From IMG/VR virus record IMGVR_UViG_3300043028_000007, positions 86,239 through 150,238 of that record: a stretch of DNA of 64,000 bases; one strand, 5' to 3'. The position numbers and the translations under genes were made by a program. Source of the stretch: a virus. Positions 19,895 to 29,585 of this stretch are shown one piece after another (positions within the stretch are counted from its first letter, which is position 1; every line of letters starts with the position of its first letter). The notes under the pieces are model-generated. The model was not told the origin of the DNA. It did not search any database and was given only the letters and a program-made list of their open reading frames with translations.

Positions 19895-21439
19895 TTAAGT
19901 CAGATGTCTTTTTACAAGATATTCGGTCAGTAGTATAGAAATTACTTTCGCATTTAATTTAGATATATCTACTTGTGTTAAAGGCTGTCCTTCTTTTAAC
20001 CTGACCATCTTACTACACTCGGTATTAAGATAACTATGTACTACTTCTACAAATGTTTCTTTATGCCATAGTTCTATAAGGAAGTAATATAAACTATCTT
20101 CGAGATTGTTTTCATTGACATCAAAAGCATTGATAGATCTATTTATCAAGTACTGATGTCGATTAATAAAATCGCTCTTAGTCATTTTCTCAGGAACCAT
20201 AGTGTCTGGAACGTTATTAAAATAAGATACTAAGGTATGCGTATACGCTGTCCTAAGAGCTTTTGTTCTTACGACCTTAGAATTCATCTTAATATTGATA
20301 TTGTCATTGGCTATGGTCTTATTTATCTTTTCTCTCCCATTGAGGACAACATTCATCGGAATCCCATATTGTTCCAATACCTTAGTTTTCTCGTTGAGCG
20401 GATTATTGATATTGTAATGGATTCTTAGATAATAAGCTACATCCGCTAGTGTACCGCCTTGTTTTTTAAACTCATCAAATACTTCTCCATTTAAAAGAGT
20501 AGGAGTAAGTATTAGGGTTCCTGCATAAGTTTCTTTTGTAAGGAGTAGACCATATTCTGTTACAGAAACTAAATCAGACAATATTTGTTTATTGTTATTG
20601 ATCGCTTCTACTACCTCGGTATTAATAGGACTAAGATTTAAATTTTCTACTCCTTTGATGACCTGTGAAATTCTTTCAACTTCATCCTTTATCTTTACTG
20701 CTAATGAGATGTCCTTAATGTCATTAAGGAAATTATAAACATCATTGCCTAATTGAGCGAAGTTAATTCTATTGCAAAGACAATTCCAAGTCCTCGCTAT
20801 ATTCGAATGTTCTTCTCCAGTAACTATTTTATTTAGTGTACCGAGAATCATTTCATGAACATTTTCTTCTAACTTAACTTCTTTGAACTTACTAACGAAT
20901 TCTTTTGCTCGTATTGCCATATTTGGCAGATTGTTTTTTCTAAGCTCTTTTATAGTCATTCTTGTAGCAGTAGTTGCTTTATCTACTATATCTTCCTGAC
21001 TTTTATTATTTTTCCAATATACTAAACCAAACGAAACGTCTGGGGATATATTGTCGTTTAAAAGAGTTTCAGCGCCCATTCTAGATAAAGTCACAGACAT
21101 CTCTTCATTTATCTTCTGTGATAAAGAATTTACTTCATCTCTTAGTGGTCCTGATATGTAAACAAACGCATCGGTAATTTCTTGTCCTATTTCCGAAGCC
21201 ATATTGAATAAGACGTTGCTATATCCATTATTTGAATTATAAAAAGCCTTATCTATTTGATTAACTATATCAGCATAAATATCTTGTTCATTAGTGTTTC
21301 CATCAGTTTCTACTCTTATCTGAGTTACGATATTATCTGCAATTCTCTTTAACTCACTACTGTCTTTAAATTCAATTGATGTATTGAGCTTATCTCTATT
21401 TAGAAAAGCCATAGCACTGAATGTCTCATTAGATATCAT
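19895..21439 (-). CDS. Conserved jumbo phage protein (possibly phiKZ gp77-like by position)
   Basis: 514-aa helical protein downstream of the gp74/gp75-like genes; call is positional only. Confidence 0.45.
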   Translation of the reverse strand: MISNETFSAMAFLNRDKLNTSIEFKDSSELKRIADNIVTQIRVETDGNTNEQDIYADIVNQIDKAFYNSNNGYSNVLFNMASEIGQEITDAFVYISGPLRDEVNSLSQKINEEMSVTLSRMGAETLLNDNISPDVSFGLVYWKNNKSQEDIVDKATTATRMTIKELRKNNLPNMAIRAKEFVSKFKEVKLEENVHEMILGTLNKIVTGEEHSNIARTWNCLCNRINFAQLGNDVYNFLNDIKDISLAVKIKDEVERISQVIKGVENLNLSPINTEVVEAINNNKQILSDLVSVTEYGLLLTKETYAGTLILTPTLLNGEVFDEFKKQGGTLADVAYYLRIHYNINNPLNEKTKVLEQYGIPMNVVLNGREKINKTIANDNINIKMNSKVVRTKALRTAYTHTLVSYFNNVPDTMVPEKMTKSDFINRHQYLINRSINAFDVNENNLEDSLYYFLIELWHKETFVEVVHSYLNTECSKMVRLKEGQPLTQVDISKLNAKVISILLTEYLVKRHLT

Positions 21440-21639
21440 TATAGTTTCCCTTTCTGATCTATATATTCATTAAATTCCGAATAAGCTATCTGTGTCTTTT
21501 CTGAATCATCAATTTCCTTATTAAAGCTACTTGTATTATCCATGACACCAACAATCAGTTTAGTAACTATATACGATGTTACTAAATGGTCTATTTCAGC
21601 TGGATCGATTTTCTTATTCATATACCTTCCCCTTTTCAA
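21439..21639 (-). CDS. Hypothetical protein
   Basis: Coupled to neighbours; real start probably at MNKK with SD AAGGGGAAGG. Confidence 0.55.
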   Translation of the reverse strand: MKRGRYMNKKIDPAEIDHLVTSYIVTKLIVGVMDNTSSFNKEIDDSEKTQIAYSEFNEYIDQKGKL

Positions 21640-21641
21640 AC

Positions 21642-21845
21642 TTATTTGTTTTGTTTTTTAATTATTCGTATACTATCTGTTTCTTCTATTATTTCTATAT
21701 TACCTTCTTCTACTTGTTTTTCAAGTTCTTTAGATAATAGCGATATATTTTTGGTGTCTTTCGATTTAATGAGCTTAACTACACCGTCGACATCTGAGTA
21801 AGCTACATATTCTCCAGACATAACTTTTTCCAAGATATCTTTCAT
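21642..21845 (-). CDS. Hypothetical protein (67 aa)
   Basis: SD AAGGGGAG. Confidence 0.6.
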   Translation of the reverse strand: MKDILEKVMSGEYVAYSDVDGVVKLIKSKDTKNISLLSKELEKQVEEGNIEIIEETDSIRIIKKQNK

Positions 21846-21938
21846 TGTCTCCCCTTGTTTTTAAGTTAATTTATACTATAATCCTATAGGATTATGTAAA
21901 ATAAGAAACCAAATATCCCTAAATAAAGGAAGATAAAT

Positions 21939-22952
21939 ATGACTAAAATACCTGATATAGCCGAATTAGTAAGAGCCTATGAAAAAACTAAAAATAACGA
22001 AAATATGGGCAACTATAGTTTAATAATAGATTCTGTAAATTTCTTGTTAGAGTATAAAGACAATAACTTAACTAGAAAAGAAACTATATATGGCGTTGAG
22101 GCTATATATGATAAAATAAAAGTAAGTATAGAAAAATTAGCAGACAATTTACCAAAAACTATAAAGCATACTAATGTTACTATAACTGAACATATAAATA
22201 CCACTAAGAAAAACCTTAAAAAACTAGAAAACAAATATACAATAATCGACGATACCATCAAGAACCTTGATGAAGATAAATTAAACGAAATAGAATTGAT
22301 AGATGTCTTACCATATGAACTATATCAGCAGTTTCATAAATCCATATATGCTATATTTTCAATCGAGAATAGTTTTGCTAAGGACATTTTAAAAGGCAAA
22401 GACGATCTAACAAGCCAACAAATGAAAACCATTATAGATACTTGTGAAAATATACATGTAAATATAAAAGAAGATCCAATGGAAAATAGCGGATATAATT
22501 TCAGCGTATCTAAAGAGTATGCCAACTCTTTCATCAAAAAGAAAAGGTCTTTAAGTGACTTAGGTTATAATAAAAAATCAGTACAAAAAATATACTCTGA
22601 CTTAAAAAATTATAGTAAAGAAATAAATAAGAAGACCAAAGAAACTATAGTTGAAGACATTAAGAAAGCCGCTACTACTATATTGACTGATTTCAATAAA
22701 TTAAGAAATGAAAATGTCGAAATATCTGCTAAAAAAATAATCACTACTACAGTCCAATTGTGTAGATGTTATTTTTACCTAAAGCTGTTAGTTGAATTAT
22801 ATAACGTAATAGCATGGGGACCATTTTATAGTTCCATAAATGTACTTCAAACGTTGGTACAAAATAATGAGTCCGATTCTTCTGATACAGGAGATAGTTT
22901 AGTAGACGATAGTACCGATGAGGTTGAGGAAGATGAAGACATAGAAGAATAG
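21939..22952 (+). CDS. Putative internal head/ejection protein
   Basis: G-V-E/A at residues 52-55 followed by IYDKIK..IEKL, similar to S/A/G-x-E protease-processed phiKZ head proteins; acidic tail. Confidence 0.4.
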   Translation: MTKIPDIAELVRAYEKTKNNENMGNYSLIIDSVNFLLEYKDNNLTRKETIYGVEAIYDKIKVSIEKLADNLPKTIKHTNVTITEHINTTKKNLKKLENKYTIIDDTIKNLDEDKLNEIELIDVLPYELYQQFHKSIYAIFSIENSFAKDILKGKDDLTSQQMKTIIDTCENIHVNIKEDPMENSGYNFSVSKEYANSFIKKKRSLSDLGYNKKSVQKIYSDLKNYSKEINKKTKETIVEDIKKAATTILTDFNKLRNENVEISAKKIITTTVQLCRCYFYLKLLVELYNVIAWGPFYSSINVLQTLVQNNESDSSDTGDSLVDDSTDEVEEDEDIEE

Positions 22953-22983
22953 GTTATAAGGGGCATATAGCCCCTTATAACCT
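22951..22983. terminator. Bidirectional terminator hairpin
   Basis: aggttataaggggc-atata-gccccttataacct between convergent genes. Confidence 0.8.
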
Positions 22984-23537
22984 TATGTATTTACCAGGTT
23001 TCTAATTTCGTTTAGGTCATAAGCTCCTGAATTACCTTCCTCATCGATCCATAGGACGAATGTGGCCTTATCGAAAGAAGCTACAGTTTCTTCGATTTTA
23101 CCAACAAGTAATGGACAAGATATATAGTAGTACTTTTTAATATCCTGTGTGCCAGATACATATTTAATATATATATCATTTTCTAAAGGAATGTCGGTTA
23201 TTTTACATTTTTTAACACGAGCTATCCATGCTATTATCTTACGATAAATTTTATCAGACGTGTCTTCAAACTTATCTATTGTAGTCTTGGCAGAATTAAA
23301 TTTAGTTGCTGGAGATAACCATAAGTTATCGTAACAATTATCAATGCCGTCATTCAATAGTCTGGTTCCATTGGCAGAATCGACAAAGGCATCGAAACTT
23401 TCTCCATAGAACTCACATAGTTCTTTGGCCATATCCAGAAAATACGTTCGTGGTACACTTATTGTACCAGATTTTACTATAGCTTTTAACAGAGGATAAT
23501 TACAAGGATAATAGTGCTTAACTTTGATTTTTGACAT
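22983..23537 (-). CDS. Hypothetical early protein (184 aa)
   Basis: AAGGAG SD; promoter variant at 23595-23613. Confidence 0.65.
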   Translation of the reverse strand: MSKIKVKHYYPCNYPLLKAIVKSGTISVPRTYFLDMAKELCEFYGESFDAFVDSANGTRLLNDGIDNCYDNLWLSPATKFNSAKTTIDKFEDTSDKIYRKIIAWIARVKKCKITDIPLENDIYIKYVSGTQDIKKYYYISCPLLVGKIEETVASFDKATFVLWIDEEGNSGAYDLNEIRNLVNT

Positions 23538-23623
23538 AATAAATAAATCTCCTTTTATATTAACTTATTTGTTATACGATTCTTTTATTCTGTATAATAA
23601 TATATATTTAAAACACAATAGAA

Positions 23624-23651
23624 TATTAGGTGCAGGAAACTGCACCTAATA
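23624..23651 (-). terminator. Terminator hairpin
   Basis: tattaggtgcag-gaaa-ctgcacctaata. Confidence 0.75.
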
Positions 23652-23657
23652 CATTCA

Positions 23658-25079
23658 TTATCTTTGTGTCAATATTACTAAACCATCACTTATTGTTATT
23701 TCTCTAATATCCTTATCCATTAAAGAAATCGAATACATTTTAGTAGGTGTACAATTGATCTTGATGATATGTAACTCTTGATAAAATATATCTTCATCTA
23801 CATAAGATTTTAGTTTAGTCGATATATCTATTTCATCTGCTCTAAAATAAATTGGAACATTACCTCGATCATTGAAATTTAGAGCCGGTAGAATAGCTTC
23901 TTTTCCTATCGTGATAGAGAAATTTTCACCTTCTAAGGTCATAGCACAGGCAGTACTTGATTCACTTATTTTCTCTATCTGATAATGGTTATCATTGTAT
24001 CTCAGATATATTGGTGTTTCTCTTGTTTCTAAAAGATGTTTGATCTCTTTAAATGAAGCGTCTGTATCTACATCTTCTATATTGATAGGTAAGTTAGTAT
24101 TGCCGTCTATAGAAGTAAACCTATCTGCTCTAATACTTTTGTGGTCTCTAAAAGATGAAGTAGGTGAATTGTTAATCATGAATATGAAGTTATCTTGCCT
24201 ACAAACTATGTATTTAGTAGTAGTGTCTATAGACCAGATAGTTCCATATTTCTTTTGAAGTGTAACTGATTTGAGAGGCTCAGATCTATTGGTAAATGTA
24301 ACTTCATATACAATAGCTTTCTGAGTAAGAGGGATTTTGATATCAGTAGGCTTATATGAAACACATATACCACACATAATACCCATTTCTTGAATAGACT
24401 TAATAAGTCCTTTATTGATTATGTACACTTTCTTACTAAATCCATCCTCATACCAATCATCTTGTAGTCTTAGAAGTCGTTTAAAGAACTCACGACATTT
24501 TTCAGATGGAAGATAATTGTAACTAGATGGGATGATACATCTAATTTTACTGATTTCAAAATAAGCATATATATCTTCTTCATATAGAATTTCATCGGAT
24601 AATATGATGTAGTTGTCTCTAATGTACTTAGCCAATGAACTTGGGTTAAGTCTATCCTGTTCTTCGGCAACTAGATCTGGCCAACCTTTTTCATATTTGT
24701 CACTATAAAAATTACAAAGTCTATAATCCTCTATATGGTTATATATATCTAACTGATCCCATCTAGTTGTTCCAGTACATACATGTATCAACTCATGTGG
24801 GATATGGTTATTTTGGAGCAATATAGTTGCTTTACCATTTATTACTTGATGTTTAAAGTTTTCAGATTCTAACGTAATAGCCTCATATGGAACATTAAAT
24901 CTGATATTTTTCTTCAGTATATTGCTTAATATCAGATACCCATTGGCATTGATACCGAGGACGGTACCTCCTTCTACAATATCTTCATAAGAACACCAAC
25001 CCTCTCTGGATAAGATTTCTGTATCTTTAGTAAGATAAGTTTTGTGACAAATCGGTATTAACATCGACATAACCCCCAT
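23658..25079 (-). CDS. Free-standing tandem intein/Hint-like domain protein with degenerate LAGLIDADG-like insert
   Basis: Block A-like YLTKDTEILSREGW; block E/H-like REFFKRLLRLQD and NKGLIKSIQEMGIMCGI; block F/G-like YGTIWSIDTTTKYIVCRQDNFIFMINN-S. Second unit SIDGNTNL...MYSISL...SDGLVILTQR. Confidence 0.7.
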   Translation of the reverse strand: MGVMSMLIPICHKTYLTKDTEILSREGWCSYEDIVEGGTVLGINANGYLILSNILKKNIRFNVPYEAITLESENFKHQVINGKATILLQNNHIPHELIHVCTGTTRWDQLDIYNHIEDYRLCNFYSDKYEKGWPDLVAEEQDRLNPSSLAKYIRDNYIILSDEILYEEDIYAYFEISKIRCIIPSSYNYLPSEKCREFFKRLLRLQDDWYEDGFSKKVYIINKGLIKSIQEMGIMCGICVSYKPTDIKIPLTQKAIVYEVTFTNRSEPLKSVTLQKKYGTIWSIDTTTKYIVCRQDNFIFMINNSPTSSFRDHKSIRADRFTSIDGNTNLPINIEDVDTDASFKEIKHLLETRETPIYLRYNDNHYQIEKISESSTACAMTLEGENFSITIGKEAILPALNFNDRGNVPIYFRADEIDISTKLKSYVDEDIFYQELHIIKINCTPTKMYSISLMDKDIREITISDGLVILTQR

Positions 25080-25132
25080 ATATAAATATATTTAATTGAA
25101 TAGCTTCGGTTATAATATTCGTATAAAAAATA

Positions 25133-25166
25133 TACTAATAGGGTAGGATGACCTACCCTATTAGTA
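25133..25166 (-). terminator. Terminator hairpin
   Basis: tactaatagggtagg-atga-cctaccctattagta with a downstream T-run on minus. Confidence 0.8.
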
Positions 25167-25190
25167 CTCAGATATAATGCATTATAGATC

Positions 25191-25619
25191 TTATTTGCAC
25201 TTGTTTATAAAATTAGCTAATTGGCTTTCAAGAGATAGAGACTGTTTAGATTTTTCCTTCTCTTTTCGTTCTCTATTTATTTTAGATTGTAGAGCAAAGT
25301 TAGGTGGAGTATGTGGTATAAAGTCTTGAGATTTTTCCTCATAGACACCAAATACTCTATCGTTAGTTTCGTCAACCAATTTATATTCCTCATAAGGAAT
25401 AAAGAACAAGAACCCGAGAAGCATATTGAGTTTATCTTTATTTAATTTTTTCCAACTATACTTTATGTCCAAATGATCGTTGACTTGTTTATCAGAAGGT
25501 TTGAGAATGAACGAAAGTTCCTCTTTTATATATGGGTCTGTGTCGATAGCATTGACCATAAGTTGTTTTGTTAAATTATTGTATCCTTTCGAACTGAATA
25601 CTAATTCCATTTTAGCCAT
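25191..25619 (-). CDS. Hypothetical protein (142 aa)
   Basis: AAGGAG SD, follows the helicase. Confidence 0.65.
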   Translation of the reverse strand: MAKMELVFSSKGYNNLTKQLMVNAIDTDPYIKEELSFILKPSDKQVNDHLDIKYSWKKLNKDKLNMLLGFLFFIPYEEYKLVDETNDRVFGVYEEKSQDFIPHTPPNFALQSKINRERKEKEKSKQSLSLESQLANFINKCK

Positions 25620-25634
25620 TTCTTTTTTATCTCC

Positions 25635-27575
25635 TTAATATAGAGTTATTTCGTGGTGTGTTTTACCTAATCGACTATATAGCAACAAACGATTCTGAAA
25701 ATGCCTTACTTGTGCTGTAACCGAAGCATTGTAACTATATACGAATTCAGGAGTATCGTCTTTCAATTCTCTTGCCCTACCGAGTACCTGTATAAGAGGG
25801 TTTTCAGCCGAGAAAGAACTATTGAGTATTACTGTTCTTAAATTTCTAATATCTCTTCCTGTTCCAGCTGAGCCTATAGTCGATATGATGATATCAGAAG
25901 CATCTAATACATCGTCTTCTGTTTCATATACATAGACCTGTGTCTTATAAGCAAACTCCTTATCCAAGTACTCTTTTATAGTTTCACACATCTTAACTGA
26001 ACTAGCTATTATCAAAGCTTTCTGATTAGGCTTTCGTATCTTATGAAACTTTTCTCTTATAGGAATACCAACGGTATAATTAAGATATTTAGCTAAGCTA
26101 TCTTTGTCTTTCATTAATTGAGTTTCATAGCGGAATTGATTATATCCCTGATTAGTCATAAATTTATCCGGGTGCTTCATAATTAAGTTATATTTATATG
26201 CCGTTATATTGACATACCGTTTATAATTAGCACCACCATAAATCATATTGCTTGGAAAGACAGTTCGAAATATTCTATTGCCTTCTTTACTCGTTCTCTG
26301 ATAAGTAGCAGAAAGATAGACATTGTGATAAACGGATAAATTCAAATCTATCTGAACATTAGCGGCAAAGTTAAGATGAACTTCATCTATTATCTTAAGT
26401 CCTATTCCTAGTTGCTTAAAGAATTTTTCTGCTTTAGGAAGTTTTCTATATGGCTTCTTTTTCCTAGCAACGTAGTTTCTGATTGTTCCCGTAGACACTA
26501 ATAATACCTTAGGTAACTCAGCATCACTATCGTACATTTTCTTTAGTTTAACTAGACTATCGTAACCTTTTATAGTGTATACCTCATCTAGCGTAAGATT
26601 AGTCATATTGAGAATTTCTTCTTCCCATTGTTCTATAAGACCACTTACTACTATCATAGCCCTTTGTTTTATTTTGGCTATAGTTTTAATGGCACAATAA
26701 GTCTTTCCTGAATTATGTACCAAGATATCGTTTGCATAAAAATTGTTGTATGGTGACTGCATACCGATGTCGTAAGTAATGTCTTCTTTAAGAGGTCTGA
26801 TTAACAATACTTCACTATATCTATGGAAACCTTTTCTTTTGTGACGAACTTTGTCACCGGGTTTAACTTGAGACAACGGTAAGAATTTGTATTTAAACCA
26901 TCCGGTCTTAACAGCAACTCTATGATCATTAGTCATATCTAACCAAAGACCATTTACTAATACTATTCTCCAGAGTTCTTGTTCCCCAGTTTCTTCTACA
27001 AAATTGATCTTGTTGTTTTTCTTAAACCATTTACCTAATGATTTAGTAACCAACTTATATTTCCTATAAGCTAATTTCCTTATAAATAATTCCTCTATAG
27101 TAGAAGATATATTTTCATTATTGACTTTATAGTCTATCCAAGAATCCCTATGCAAACACCCTGTTTGTAGAGACAACGCTTTCATATATTTATCTTGACA
27201 TAAAAAATCCACAGCATCTGTCTGATTCTGGTTTCGATCTTTATACATAGACTGCATTTCGATATTTATCTTTTTACCAGGATTTATTTTCTTTTCTATA
27301 ATACGTATCTCATGTTCTTTAACATTCTTTTCATATAGGGTATTTAAGAATAGTGGTAGATAGTTAATCGGTAGATACATTCTTTTCTTTTCTTTATCGT
27401 ATCTAGCATAACGCTTATCTATCTGCCAATATTTAAATCTAAAATTAAACTTATGTTCAGTTAGGTGTTTTTCTAAAAAATCACTTATATTGACTCCATT
27501 ACATATAATCCCGTGTTCGGGACATCGGAACCAAAAATAAGTACTACCTTTACTGATAATGATTTTATATGTCAT
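25635..27575 (-). CDS. SF2 (DEAD/DEAH-like, Rad25/UvsW-type) helicase, phiKZ gp75-like, intein-containing
   Basis: Walker A LQTG-[intein]-SGKT, Walker B IIDEVH, motif III LSAT, V GTGRD, VI QVLGRAR. Confidence 0.9.
   Translation of the reverse strand: MTYKIIISKGSTYFWFRCPEHGIICNGVNISDFLEKHLTEHKFNFRFKYWQIDKRYARYDKEKKRMYLPINYLPLFLNTLYEKNVKEHEIRIIEKKINPGKKINIEMQSMYKDRNQNQTDAVDFLCQDKYMKALSLQTGCLHRDSWIDYKVNNENISSTIEELFIRKLAYRKYKLVTKSLGKWFKKNNKINFVEETGEQELWRIVLVNGLWLDMTNDHRVAVKTGWFKYKFLPLSQVKPGDKVRHKRKGFHRYSEVLLIRPLKEDITYDIGMQSPYNNFYANDILVHNSGKTYCAIKTIAKIKQRAMIVVSGLIEQWEEEILNMTNLTLDEVYTIKGYDSLVKLKKMYDSDAELPKVLLVSTGTIRNYVARKKKPYRKLPKAEKFFKQLGIGLKIIDEVHLNFAANVQIDLNLSVYHNVYLSATYQRTSKEGNRIFRTVFPSNMIYGGANYKRYVNITAYKYNLIMKHPDKFMTNQGYNQFRYETQLMKDKDSLAKYLNYTVGIPIREKFHKIRKPNQKALIIASSVKMCETIKEYLDKEFAYKTQVYVYETEDDVLDASDIIISTIGSAGTGRDIRNLRTVILNSSFSAENPLIQVLGRARELKDDTPEFVYSYNASVTAQVRHFQNRLLLYSRLGKTHHEITLY
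26712..27158 (-). mobile_element. 149-aa mini-intein in helicase Walker A motif
   Basis: Starts CLHRDS, block B MTNDH, block F TYDI, ends LVHN followed by extein Ser; removal restores QTGSGKT; too short to hold an endonuclease. Confidence 0.92.
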
Positions 27576-27638
27576 ATACTAAACCCTTCTTATAGATGTA
27601 CATTGTCTCCTTATGTTATTGTGAAAAAATATAATAAA

Positions 27639-27662
27639 TAACAGGGGAAGTTTCCCCTGTTA
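27639..27662 (-). terminator. Terminator hairpin
   Basis: taacaggggaa-gt-ttcccctgtta. Confidence 0.65.
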
Positions 27663-27666
27663 CCTA

Positions 27667-29583
27667 CTATAGATTTAGATATTTGTCATAATCTGATCCT
27701 TGTCTTGGTACTGTAAATGCCTGTGGCTTAGCCAGTTTGTCAAAAAGAGACTTACCGTATTCTAATAAAGTCCCTATGCTTTGATTAACTATTATGTCTT
27801 CGTTTGAACCCATACATATAGTCTTATCTATATCTTCTGGATTTATTATAGGAAGGACATAACAATCTCTATTGGTTATTAGGTTAGCTCGTATTATTGC
27901 TTCCAGATGTATAAAGTTAATATCTGTCTTATGATAAATTAGATAAGACAAATCTTTAAATACCGCTGAGAGCGATTTATAACTACGTAGATTAGCTCCA
28001 GAGAAATTCTTGATCTTATCAACGAACATCATAATAGAGTCATTAATAACTGGAGTTCTCATAATAGCTTGTTTGGTATCAAAGTCTCCTATGTCGATAA
28101 CCAGATGATCGTCTATAATTTCGATCTCATCATAATTATCTTTTATATACTGCAAGAATTCCTGACTAAAGAAAGGATATGTTTTATTATACGACATATC
28201 GTTTACTGTAAATTCTACAGATCGATCTTTCTTATTGAGTATCGTTAAGCTAACTATGGTACTAAAATAATCCTCATTGATAGCAGATAAGTCATCGATA
28301 TTAAACAAATCTGTTATATAGCTCATGTAATTAACTGGTATTGCTAATAAATATTTCTCCTTAAAGTTCTCAACTATACTTGGATTTATAAACAATTCGT
28401 TCTCTTTTACATTAAGTATATATGAGAGAGCTTTATCTGGTTTATATAGTACAGTTGTAGTACTTTGGAAATGTTTTGCACTTAGTACTTTTTGTACAGT
28501 TGGGCGAGATAATGCCACAGAAGATACCATGCCGACTTTGATATTATTCGGATAGTAATATGCAGCATGTCCAGCACAGGACGCACAAAACCCATCCTTA
28601 TGCTTACAGCCACAAATAGTTCTAACGGATATAGTTCTACCATCTATGTCCTGATGGTTAGTATGGTCTACTATGAACTCTTTATCATGAAACTTTACCT
28701 TTTTACCTATCAGGTTTTTACTTGACTTAGGTATTACGTGATAAGATAGATAAGTCTCATTACCACAGTCATCAGGATAAATATATTTAAATTTCGAAGT
28801 GATTAGATGAAGAGATTTGGAATAAACCGAAGCGTCTGGAACACCAGCTTTGTTATAAAAGGCTGCTTTCTTAGCAGTTGTAAATTCGACTAATGCTTCT
28901 TGTATAGTCTTGATGCCGTTGTAGAAACTGCTCTTGATTGGATACGTAATGAGTAAGTCATTGATATCTGCTCTTGTACCAACTGCTAATAGCATCTGTC
29001 CTATCTGTTTGGTATTTACCAAACCTAGTCTAATATATGGATACAATACATTATTTTCTAACTCACCTTCTTTCTTAAGAAGATCCATAAATTTATCCAT
29101 ATTGTCTGTAAGGGCCTTTTCTACTACTTTAGTTTGTGTATTTTCATCTATATTTAGATTATCTGTTATTTTCCTAACCTTGTCTTGTTTCATTAGTCTG
29201 GCAAGATCAGTTCTCGATAAACTTGTATGGTATTTGTTACAATGCCTCAATATGAATTTACGTATTCCATTGAGTACTTTCCAAAAACTATATTGGACAT
29301 ATGTGTGACCCAATTGGTCAATCGAGTCATCGTATATTTTGGTAAGTAACTTTGTTATCGTTTTACTAGTCACTACGGTATCATCAAATCTATATTCCGA
29401 TTTAAATATCATATCCCATTCGATTATTATATTCCATATATACAGATAGATAATCACATAGCTTTTCCTTATCTTTTCTGTCTTATCATCGAAAACTACT
29501 TCTACGTATCTGTCTTCTAGATTAAGTAATTTCACAACCGTATCTTTATAATACAATATGTCTTTTTTAGTTATGGTTACCAT
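27667..29583 (-). CDS. rpoC: Non-virion RNA polymerase beta-prime C-terminal subunit (phiKZ gp74-like)
   Basis: DDCG, VRTICGC...GFCASCAG zinc site, trigger-loop-like QKVLSAKH; follows the beta subunit. Confidence 0.88.
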   Translation of the reverse strand: MVTITKKDILYYKDTVVKLLNLEDRYVEVVFDDKTEKIRKSYVIIYLYIWNIIIEWDMIFKSEYRFDDTVVTSKTITKLLTKIYDDSIDQLGHTYVQYSFWKVLNGIRKFILRHCNKYHTSLSRTDLARLMKQDKVRKITDNLNIDENTQTKVVEKALTDNMDKFMDLLKKEGELENNVLYPYIRLGLVNTKQIGQMLLAVGTRADINDLLITYPIKSSFYNGIKTIQEALVEFTTAKKAAFYNKAGVPDASVYSKSLHLITSKFKYIYPDDCGNETYLSYHVIPKSSKNLIGKKVKFHDKEFIVDHTNHQDIDGRTISVRTICGCKHKDGFCASCAGHAAYYYPNNIKVGMVSSVALSRPTVQKVLSAKHFQSTTTVLYKPDKALSYILNVKENELFINPSIVENFKEKYLLAIPVNYMSYITDLFNIDDLSAINEDYFSTIVSLTILNKKDRSVEFTVNDMSYNKTYPFFSQEFLQYIKDNYDEIEIIDDHLVIDIGDFDTKQAIMRTPVINDSIMMFVDKIKNFSGANLRSYKSLSAVFKDLSYLIYHKTDINFIHLEAIIRANLITNRDCYVLPIINPEDIDKTICMGSNEDIIVNQSIGTLLEYGKSLFDKLAKPQAFTVPRQGSDYDKYLNL

Positions 29584-29585
29584 CT

